Part shown: piece by piece, positions 1-6,849 of the stretch
How positions within the stretch are numbered: position 1 is the stretch's first letter
Layout of the letters: each line of letters starts with the position of its first letter
DNA from: Armatimonadota bacterium
GTDB taxonomy: Bacteria; Sysuimicrobiota; Sysuimicrobiia; Sysuimicrobiales; Humicultoraceae
Length of the DNA stretch: 12,015 nt
Reading direction: 5' to 3'
Assembly (NCBI GenBank): GCA_052386995.1
Contig: JBQTJP010000237.1
Coordinates: 1-12,015 of the forward strand
Program-made: the position numbers and the translations under genes
The notes under the pieces: generated by a model
Seen by the model: only the letters and a program-made list of their open reading frames with translations
Told to the model about the DNA's origin: nothing
Databases searched by the model: none

Positions 1-1025
1 GCCTCCTGGCCCTCCTTCGAGCCGGCGATCTTGAGCCAGTTCAACGCCTGCTCGCGGTGCGGGGCCTTCTTGGGCAGCCCGAAGGTATCGGTGACCACGA
101 CGAAGATCCCGGCCGTCCCCGGCGCGGGGGCAAATCCGTAGTCCGCGTTCGGCTTCCAGCCCTTGGACGTGAAGTAGCCCGCCGCCCAATCGCCCATGAT
201 ATTCATCGCGGCCTTCCGGTCGATCAGCATCTGCGCGGCCTGGTCCCAGGTGCCCGCGGCGTGGTCGCTGTTCACGTAGGTCAGGACTCTGGCAAACGCG
301 TCCAGGGCCTTCTTCACCCCGTCCCCGTCCCAGCTCGTCTTGCCGCTCCACAACCCGCGGTAGCCATCGGCCCCAAGTGTGGCTGCCAGGATGTCCTCGA
401 ACAGGTGCGCGGCTTCCCACTTGTTCTTGTCGCCCAGGGAAAGTGGCGTGATCCCCTTTGCCTTGAGGATGTCCGCGGCCTTGAAGAAGTCGTCCCACGT
501 GGTCGGTGCCTTGAGATTGTTCTCGTCAAAGACTTTCTTGTTGTACCAGAGGACGTTGCCGCGGTGGACATTCACGGCCACCGAGAACTGGTTGCCCTGG
601 TGGCTGACGATGTCCACCAGATCTTTGGGAAAGACCTTGAGCCATCCCTCGGCCGTGTAAAGCGAGGTCAGCGGCTCCATGAACCCGGTCTTCACCCAGG
701 TGTCGACAAGCTCGGCCCCACCATGGACCTGGAAGCTGTCGGGATGGTCACCGCCCTGCATGCGTGTCTTGAGGACGGCCTTCGCGTCGGTTCCAGCACC
801 GCCGGCAACGGTGGCGTTGATGATCTCGACGCTGGGAAAGCGTTTCTTGTACACGTCGAACATGGCTTTGAGCCCGTCGGCCTCACCGCCGGCGGTCCAC
901 CAGCTGAAGATCTCCAGCTTCTGCGCCGGAGCCGCCCCCAGACCGGGTCCGGATGGGAGCACGATTACCGTCACGATCGCCAGCGCGGCGACCGCCGTCC
1001 GCACCCGCCATGCAATCGCCCTCAT
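1..1025 (-). CDS. Sugar (glucose-type) ABC transporter substrate-binding protein; 3' end runs off the window
   Basis: Manual minus-strand translation from ATG at 1025, with GGGAGG RBS just upstream: MRAIAWRVRTAVAALAIVTVIVLPSGPGLGAAPAQKLEIFSWWTAGGEADGLKAMFDVYKKRFPSVEIINATVAGGAGTDAKAVLKTRMQGGDHPDSFQVHGG...VNVHRGNVLWYN...AAMNIMGDWAAGYF...DTFGLPKKAPHREQALNWLKIAGSKEGQE. It has an N-terminal signal peptide. The motifs KLEIFSWW, INATVxGGAG, VLKTRM, NIMGDWAAGY and GSKEGQ match my recollection of the Thermus thermophilus glucose-binding protein family. It is absent from the ORF track because there is no stop in the window. Confidence 0.93.
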   Translation of the reverse strand, partial: MRAIAWRVRTAVAALAIVTVIVLPSGPGLGAAPAQKLEIFSWWTAGGEADGLKAMFDVYKKRFPSVEIINATVAGGAGTDAKAVLKTRMQGGDHPDSFQVHGGAELVDTWVKTGFMEPLTSLYTAEGWLKVFPKDLVDIVSHQGNQFSVAVNVHRGNVLWYNKKVFDENNLKAPTTWDDFFKAADILKAKGITPLSLGDKNKWEAAHLFEDILAATLGADGYRGLWSGKTSWDGDGVKKALDAFARVLTYVNSDHAAGTWDQAAQMLIDRKAAMNIMGDWAAGYFTSKGWKPNADYGFAPAPGTAGIFVVVTDTFGLPKKAPHREQALNWLKIAGSKEGQE

Positions 1026-1166
1026 GTGGATCACCCTCCCTTTTGCGGCTGCGGGTGAACCTTCTGCAACCCACCATGCGCTCCTGCTCACGTGACGGGA
1101 TTAGGGTGAGTCCTGGTGGAACTGCACTCGTATACGGTTCACGTGAGGGAACGGAGGGATTGTGAG

Positions 1167-1937
1167 ATGGGTCGTCTGGAGGGAAAGGTCGCGTTGATTA
1201 CCGGCGCTGGCAGCGGCATGGGACGGCTGGCCGCGGTGAAATTTGCGAAAGAAGGCGCGCGGGTTGTGGTAACCGAGATCGCCGAGCCTGCCGGGCAGGA
1301 GACGGTGGCGCAGGTGCGCGCGGCAGGCGGCGAGGCGACGTTCATCCGCACCGACGTGTCGAAGGAGGCCGACGTCGCCGCGGCGGTCGGTGCGGGCGAG
1401 AGCGCGTTTGGACGCATCAACGTCCTGTATAACAACGCCGGCATCTTCCCCGCCGAGGATGGAGCCGTCACCGATATTGACGAAGCGGTGTGGGACCGCG
1501 TCATGAACGTGAACCTGAAGAGCATCTACCTGGTCTGCAAGCATGGGATTCCGGCGCTGCTGCGCTCGGGCGGGGGCTCGATCATCAATATTGCGTCGTT
1601 CGTGGCGCTGGTCGGGTGTACCGTGCCGCAGGACGCTTATACAGCGAGCAAGGGCGGGGTGATTGCCCTCACGAAGTCGCTGGCCGTGCAGTTCGGCCCA
1701 AAGGGAATCCGCAGCAACGCGATCTGCCCGGGCCCGATCGAGACGCCGATGCTGACGTCCTGGCTTCTCTCCAACCCGGCCGAAAAACAAAAGCGGCTCA
1801 ACCGCATCCCGATGGGACGGTTCGGCCGGGCTGAGGACATCGTGAATCTGGCGCTCTATCTGGCCTCGGACGAGTCGGCATGGACGAATGGGGCCGTCAT
1901 GGTCGCCGACGGAGGGATTACCTCCAACTACTTCTAG
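1167..1937 (+). CDS. Short-chain dehydrogenase/reductase (classical SDR, FabG-like), 256 aa
   Basis: TGAGSGMG Rossmann motif, NNAG, catalytic S...YTASK, NAICPGPIETPM and C-terminal ADGG. ATG at 1167 is preceded by GGAGGG (1153-1158), so the ORF-track start at 1116 is too early. Confidence 0.95.
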   Translation: MGRLEGKVALITGAGSGMGRLAAVKFAKEGARVVVTEIAEPAGQETVAQVRAAGGEATFIRTDVSKEADVAAAVGAGESAFGRINVLYNNAGIFPAEDGAVTDIDEAVWDRVMNVNLKSIYLVCKHGIPALLRSGGGSIINIASFVALVGCTVPQDAYTASKGGVIALTKSLAVQFGPKGIRSNAICPGPIETPMLTSWLLSNPAEKQKRLNRIPMGRFGRAEDIVNLALYLASDESAWTNGAVMVADGGITSNYF

Positions 1938-1950
1938 CGACAGGTGCGGC

Positions 1951-2397
1951 ATGTCAGAAATGATCGATGTTGAGATCAAGAAGAGCATTCTGATCCGCGG
2001 CAGCCGCGAAAAGATCTACGATGCCTTCTCGACTGCGGAGGGCCTGGATGGATGGTTCACGTCAGGCGCCGTTGTTGATGCGCGGCCGGGAGGGGTGCTG
2101 CGCTTTCGCTGGAAGGATTGGGGGCCGGACAAGGTCACCGCGCAAGATGATTGCCCGATCCTGCAGGCCAAACGCCCGGAACGGTTCGTTTTCCAGGAAC
2201 ACCCAGACCGCGCTTCGCCACCGACCACAGTGGAGATCGACTTCGTCCCAGATCCGGCGGGCACCGTCGTTCGCCTCAGGGAATACGGCTTTGTGAATAC
2301 GCCAGGCGGACGTCGTGCGCTCGTGACACAGGCAGGCGGCTGGGGAGAGGCCCTTGCCCTCCTCAAGTTCTACGTGGAGCACGGGCTTCGATATTAG
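1951..2397 (+). CDS. SRPBCC/AHSA1 (START-like) domain protein, 148 aa
   Basis: I..SREKIYDAFSTAEGLDGWF...DARPGG..RFRW...PERFVF...TTVEI.F.....GTVVRL.E.GF...GGWGEALALLKFYVE is the typical AHSA1-like pattern. It starts 13 nt after the SDR stop. ATG 1960 is an alternative start. Confidence 0.88.
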   Translation: MSEMIDVEIKKSILIRGSREKIYDAFSTAEGLDGWFTSGAVVDARPGGVLRFRWKDWGPDKVTAQDDCPILQAKRPERFVFQEHPDRASPPTTVEIDFVPDPAGTVVRLREYGFVNTPGGRRALVTQAGGWGEALALLKFYVEHGLRY

Positions 2398-2413
2398 GAC
2401 GAGGACAGCGCCC

Positions 2414-3002
2414 ATGGACAGGTATCTGAAAGCCAATCAGGCGCTGTGGGATGAGTGGACCGCCGTCCACGCGAGATCGGCATTCTACGATCTTGAAGGC
2501 TTCAAGCGAGGGGGCCTTCGTCTCAGGCCCTATGAGATAGCGGAAGTCGGGGACGTTGCCGGCAAATCGCTGCTGCATATGCAGTGTCACTTTGGAATCG
2601 ACACGCTGTCCTGGGCGCGGCTCAGCGCCAGCGTGACGGGCGCAGACTTCTCTGAGCGGGCCATCGAGATGGCCCGTGGGCTCGCGGTGGAGTTGGGCCT
2701 CAAAGCCAGGTTTGTCTGCTCGGAAGTGACCAACCTCCCTACCGTGCTCGATGGCGAGTTCGACATTGTCTACACATCCCGCGGGGTGATCGGCTGGCTC
2801 CCCGATCTCACGCGTTGGGGGCAGGTGATTGCCCACTTCGTGAAGCCCGGCGGGTTCGTTCCTCCACGAATTTCCATTTCTGTTCTATCAGGGGCTGCCG
2901 TTTCTGGAACCGCGCGAAGGCAAAACCTGGTGGTTGCCCGGCGCCTGGCGCGGTGAACTTCCTCTAACTTTCTCCCTGAAGGCGACGAAGCCGGCGCGGT
3001 AA
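2414..3002 (+). pseudogene. Class I SAM-dependent methyltransferase, disrupted by an internal deletion with frameshift at about 2857/2859
   Basis: 2414-2857 encodes MDRYLKANQALWDEW...GDVAGKSLLHMQCHFGIDTLSWAR...VTGADFSERAI...FDIVYTSRGVIGWLPDL..W...IAHFVKPGGF and then becomes non-homologous. In the +1 frame, 2859-3002 encodes FLHEFPFLFYQGLPFLEPREGKTWWLPGAWRGELPLTFSLKATKPAR*, which I recognise as this family's usual C-terminus. The middle segment is missing. Confidence 0.82.
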
Positions 3003-3042
3003 GCGTTACCGGCCGATCAGGTCCCAACGCCACATGGTCCGT

Positions 3043-3891
3043 CTATGCAAGTGGCTCCTGCCGCCAGCCATCCTCGCGCAGTACGGCCAGCGACGTGCAA
3101 CCGATGTCTTGCAGTAAGGCTTCGGCCTGAGCGTGATAGTCGGTGACGCGCGCCGGCGCGTGCGCATCGGTCGTCACCACAAGCGGGATCCCCAGCTCCA
3201 AACAGCGGCGTGCGATCCACGGGCTGGTATACGCGTGTCCGACGACATTGCGATAGCCCACGGTGTTGATCTCGACGACGAACCCGGCGCGATCGCACGT
3301 CCGGAGCGCACTTTCGACCTCGCGCCGGTACCAGGGCTCATCTTCCCGAAAGTAGACTGAGTCGCCGTTCCACTTTTTGATTCGATCGATGTGCCCAAGG
3401 ATGGCGACGCGCCCTGCTCCCCACGCGGCCAGGCTGCGCACCCGCTCGTAGTACGCGCCGACCAGGCGCCGGATGTCGCCACCGAAGAGCTGGCGCAGTA
3501 CGGTCTCAAAGCCCTGCCGCGTGAGGTCGATCGGCGAAGGCACTCCATCTTCGTTTGCGCCCACAAAGTGCACCGACCCGATCAGATACTCGAATGGATA
3601 CGGCTCGATGAGCGCCCATAGCTCCGCATGGCGCTCGGGAATGTAGTCGAACTCCAGGGCGAGGTGCACACGCAGGCGGTCTCGCACCGCGTCCTTGACG
3701 CGCCTCACTTCGCCGCAGTACGCGGGCAGATCGTCCGCGCGCATGGCGGCCTGATCTGGAAACGTCAGGGGTGAGTGGCTGGAGATACCAAGGGCCTCGA
3801 GCCCTGCGCTGATGGCGGCATCGGCGTACTCTTGGATTTCTCCCGCGCCATCGCAGAAACGGTTGTGGGTGTGATAACTGGTTGTGATCAT
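3043..3891 (-). CDS. PHP-family phosphatase, histidinol-phosphatase HisJ/HisK-like, 282 aa
   Basis: Start ATG 3891 (MITTSYHTHNRFCDG). PHP metal-binding motifs HTH, GISSHSP, LEFDY, IGSVH, GHID, EINT and TTDAH are present. The ORF-track extension to 4050 overlaps the upstream gene and is spurious. Substrate is not certain. Confidence 0.88.
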   Translation of the reverse strand: MITTSYHTHNRFCDGAGEIQEYADAAISAGLEALGISSHSPLTFPDQAAMRADDLPAYCGEVRRVKDAVRDRLRVHLALEFDYIPERHAELWALIEPYPFEYLIGSVHFVGANEDGVPSPIDLTRQGFETVLRQLFGGDIRRLVGAYYERVRSLAAWGAGRVAILGHIDRIKKWNGDSVYFREDEPWYRREVESALRTCDRAGFVVEINTVGYRNVVGHAYTSPWIARRCLELGIPLVVTTDAHAPARVTDYHAQAEALLQDIGCTSLAVLREDGWRQEPLA

Positions 3892-3910
3892 TTCGCGCAG
3901 GCCGTTGCTG

Positions 3911-4816
3911 CTACGCCGCGAGCGACTCCGCGCCTTCGGTGTGGAAGGTGCCCGCGGGCGCGCGGAAGACCTCGGCGAGGATCTCCAGCCCGCGCACGAT
4001 CCGCGGTCCGGGCCGGTTGAAGTAGGCCGAGCCGTCCGTAAGGTAAACACGGCCCGCGCGCACGGCCGGCAGATCGTCCCAGCCCGGCCGGTGTGTCAGC
4101 AGGTGGATCTCGGCGCGGGTGCGGGGGAGATCGAAGCCGCACGGCATGAGGACGATCACGTCGGGCGCGTACTCGATGACCCGATCCCACTCGATGACGT
4201 ACGAATCGCGCTTGGGAGGTCCCAGGCCGTCGACACCTCCGGCCATCGCCACCATCTCCGGCACCCAGTGGCCCGCGACGAAGATCGGGTCCAGCCACTC
4301 CAGGCAGGCGACCCGCGGGCAGGGATCCGGCGGCGCCAGGCGTTTGACCCGCTCGACGCGCTCGCGTAGGGCCGTGACGAGCGTGCGTGCGCCCGCCTCG
4401 GTCCCGGTGAGACGGCCGACCTCCACGATAGTCTCCAGAATGTCGTCAACGGTGTGGGGCTCCAGCGACACGATGCGCGTGCGGCCGTCCAGTAGCCGCG
4501 CGGCCCGCCGCACCTCGCTGAACGACGGGGCGCACACCTGGCAGAGCTCCTGCGTGAGGATGAGGTCGGGCTCGAGCACGCCGAGCGCTGCGCTATCGAG
4601 ATGGTAGACGCTCTTGCCGGTGTGCACCTGCCGCCGGATGGCGGCGTCGATCTGCGCGCTGGGCATCTCGGAGGTGACGATCGCGTCGCTGAGGACTCGC
4701 CGGTTGAGGATCTCTGCGGGATAGTCGCAGTCGTGTGAGACACCGACCAGGCGGTCGCTCAGACCAAGCGCGCAGACGATCTCGGTCGCGCTGGGCAGCA
4801 AGGACACGATGTTCAT
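3911..4816 (-). CDS. BtuF/TroA-like (cobalamin/Fe-siderophore binding fold) protein without signal peptide, 301 aa
   Basis: Starts MNIVSLLPSATEIVCALGLSDRLVGVSHDCDYP, with PDLILTQELCQVCA, LEWLDP..AGHWVPEMV..AGG, PDVIVLMPCGF and DGSAYFNRPGPRIVRGLEILA. The ATG (4816) overlaps the MFS TGA stop in an ATGA arrangement, which implies translational coupling. Confidence 0.88.
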   Translation of the reverse strand: MNIVSLLPSATEIVCALGLSDRLVGVSHDCDYPAEILNRRVLSDAIVTSEMPSAQIDAAIRRQVHTGKSVYHLDSAALGVLEPDLILTQELCQVCAPSFSEVRRAARLLDGRTRIVSLEPHTVDDILETIVEVGRLTGTEAGARTLVTALRERVERVKRLAPPDPCPRVACLEWLDPIFVAGHWVPEMVAMAGGVDGLGPPKRDSYVIEWDRVIEYAPDVIVLMPCGFDLPRTRAEIHLLTHRPGWDDLPAVRAGRVYLTDGSAYFNRPGPRIVRGLEILAEVFRAPAGTFHTEGAESLAA

Positions 4817-6075
4817 CTGCTCTCTTCCGGCGGTCGAATGCCTCGAAACGTGCCGAACAACAACAGATCGTAGACGATCTTCATGCCGCCGCCGATCAGA
4901 AACGGCACGCCGAGGTTGACGACCTGCATCGCCGCACCTGCGATCAGCGGGGTGATGGCGCCGGCAACGTTGCGCACGATATTCGTCAGCGCTGCCGCCG
5001 CGACCCGCTCGTCTGGGTCCACCACGGCCATGACGTATGACTGGCGGGCCGGGACGTCCATCTGCGAGAGCGCGAACCGCGCCAGCAGCAGGGCGATCGC
5101 CCAAGACAGAGACGATGCGAGCGGGATGGCCATCAACAGAATATTCGACGGCAGGTGCGTAAAGACCATGGTGTTGATGAGGCCGATCCGTTCTGCCACC
5201 CGCGCCGCGGCGAGAAATGAGGCCGCCTGAATGAGACCGGCCGCCAGGAAGATCGGACCGAGGAGCTCAGGCCCCGCCCCCCATCGCAGATAGAAATACG
5301 TGGCAATCAGGCTCTGGATCACGAAGCCTCCCGCGAGCGAGTCCAGGCTGAACAGCGCCGCGAGCCTGTGCACGACGCCGCGCGAGCGGTGCAGCCCGCC
5401 GCGCACTTGGACCGTCGCCCCCGCTTCGACGCGGTCGCTGAGACGTGTGAACAGTACCAGCGCGACAACCGCGAATAGCGCGTACGCGAGAAACATCGTC
5501 CGAAAAGCCGCCGCGGAGCTCACGCCCAGGGTCTGCTGCAACAGCGCGGGCGTCCCGGCCGCGAGCGCCCCCAGTGAGCCCGCGACCGCCCCGAGTACAT
5601 TGTAGATCGAGAACAGCCGCGTCCATCGCTCCGGGGGCGCGGTCTGCGGCAGCATCGCCTGCTCGAGCGAGAGAAACGGTCCGACCTCGCCGGAGGTCGT
5701 TCCGACGGTGCCGGTGAGCGACGCCAGGATGAGCAGCGGAAACGACGTGCTGAACGCGAAGGCTGCGCCGCTCCCCGCCATGAACAGCGCGCTGAGCTGG
5801 AGCATCCTGCGCCGGCCGTAGCGGTCGGCCGTCACAGTGAAGAGCGCGGTGAGGGCTGCGGACCCGAGCAGCGTGGCCGTCAGGACCGCGCCGATCTGCG
5901 TGGGCGTGAAGCCCACCTGGGTGAGGTACACGCCCAGGAGCACCGATTGGAACCCATAAGCGAAGGTCCGTACAGCACGCGCGCCGAGGATCAGCCGGCC
6001 GTCGGGGGAGACCCAGGAGGAAGGGCCGAGGGTTCGCACCGAAGTCAGCACGTGGAGTACCTTCGGCAGCACCAC
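4813..6075 (-). CDS. Major facilitator superfamily transporter, about 420 aa
   Basis: Multiple hydrophobic helices, MFS motif A (ADRYGRRRML) and a second-half equivalent (AERIGLINTMVFTHLPSN), plus SQMDVPARQSYVMAVV. The probable start is GTG 6075 (or 6072), 7 nt after GGAGG; GTG 6039 is an alternative. The ORF-track extension to 6540 is antisense to the MerB-like gene. Confidence 0.9.
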   Translation of the reverse strand: MVLPKVLHVLTSVRTLGPSSWVSPDGRLILGARAVRTFAYGFQSVLLGVYLTQVGFTPTQIGAVLTATLLGSAALTALFTVTADRYGRRRMLQLSALFMAGSGAAFAFSTSFPLLILASLTGTVGTTSGEVGPFLSLEQAMLPQTAPPERWTRLFSIYNVLGAVAGSLGALAAGTPALLQQTLGVSSAAAFRTMFLAYALFAVVALVLFTRLSDRVEAGATVQVRGGLHRSRGVVHRLAALFSLDSLAGGFVIQSLIATYFYLRWGAGPELLGPIFLAAGLIQAASFLAAARVAERIGLINTMVFTHLPSNILLMAIPLASSLSWAIALLLARFALSQMDVPARQSYVMAVVDPDERVAAAALTNIVRNVAGAITPLIAGAAMQVVNLGVPFLIGGGMKIVYDLLLFGTFRGIRPPEESR

Positions 6076-6120
6076 GAGACCGCCTCCCCTGGCGATCGAC
6101 TGCACCTGTGGAGTCTTGTC

Positions 6121-6813
6121 ATGGCGCCTCAGTCTCCCTTGGAAACGGACGCCTTCGACCGCGACGTGCGCATGTTCGTCTTTGGGAATACAGCCGAGAC
6201 CGGGAAGGTGCCGGCCATCGCGGAGGTCGCCGAAGGCCTGCAACGGTCGCGGGCAGACGTGGAAGAGTCGCTGAGACGCCTGGCAGCGGGGCGCGTACTG
6301 GTGCTCGCGCCCAACAACATGAACATCTGGATGGCGAATCCGTTCTCGGCGGTCGCGACGAACCACCGTGTCTATGCGAACGGCCGCCAGTACTATGGAA
6401 GCTGTATATGGGATGCGCTGGGGATTCCCGCCGCCCTTGGCGCAGATGCAGGCATCGAGACGCAGTGCGGCGACTGCGGCACGGCGATGTCGCTGGAGGT
6501 CCGGGGTGGAGCCCTTGTCAAGGGTCAGGGAATTATTCATATTGGTGTCCCGGCGGCCAGGTGGTGGGATAATATCGGGTATACGTGATCAACCATCCTG
6601 CTCTTCCGGTCGGAGGAGCACGTAGACGCGTGGTGCCGGGCCCGCAACCTTGCCCGCGGCGGGACCATGAGCCGCGATCAGTGCTGGCGGCTCGCCCATG
6701 CGTGGTACAGCCGCAAGCTCAGGCCGGACTGGCGCAGGCACACCCTCGAGGAAGCCGAGTCGCTGTTCGCCGAGATTGGCCTCACCGGGACGTTCTGGCG
6801 GCTGCGACCGTGA
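6121..6813 (+). CDS. MerB-like organomercurial/organometallic lyase, predicted selenoprotein (in-frame TGA 6586-6588 = Sec156), 230 aa
   Basis: N-terminal winged-helix-like region, then MANPFSAVATNHRV and YYGSCIWDALGIP (C95/D98, equivalent to MerB C96/D99), ETQCGDCG (about MerB C117), and IHIGVPAARWWDNIGYT-TGA-STILLFRSEEHVDAWCRARNLARGGTMSRDQCWRLAHAWYSRKLRPDWRRHTLEEAESLFAEIGLTGTFWRLRP*. The TGA aligns with MerB catalytic C159. A SECIS-like hairpin follows. ATG 6121 has GGAG upstream. Confidence 0.88.
6599..6620 (+). promoter_or_regulatory. Putative bacterial SECIS element
   Basis: TGCTCTTCC-GGTC-GGAGGAGCA forms a 9-bp stem (one G-U pair) with a 4-nt loop starting with G. The stem begins 10 nt after the in-frame TGA, and the first loop G is 20 nt after it. 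This fits the bacterial SECIS consensus of a G-containing apical loop a short fixed distance downstream of UGA. Confidence 0.78.
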
Positions 6814-6849
6814 GAGTTCGGATCGCAGAACGTTTGGAGGTGGACCGCG

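Noticed and set aside
57..1058. 333-aa plus-strand ORF
   Set aside because: Antisense shadow of the sugar-binding protein gene, as is common in high-GC DNA; no motifs.
1101..1988. 295-aa minus-strand ORF
   Set aside because: Antisense shadow of the SDR gene.
3003..3042. Possible bidirectional terminator between the convergent methyltransferase and PHP genes
   Set aside because: No strong hairpin or U-tract is visible on either strand.
6076..6540. 155-aa N-terminal extension of the MFS ORF
   Set aside because: It is antisense to the MerB-like gene and not membrane-like, and a good RBS with GTG exists at 6075.
6586..6588. Alternative genetic code (UGA = Trp or Gly) as the explanation for the in-frame TGA
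   Set aside because: TGA serves as a normal stop for pckA, the MFS gene and the CPT-like gene, Trp is encoded by TGG throughout, and the position corresponds to a catalytic Cys.
6121..6813. Calling this locus a mercury-resistance (mer) operon or transposon
   Set aside because: No merR, merT, merP, merA, transposase, integrase or terminal repeats are visible in the window, so the merB symbol was withheld.
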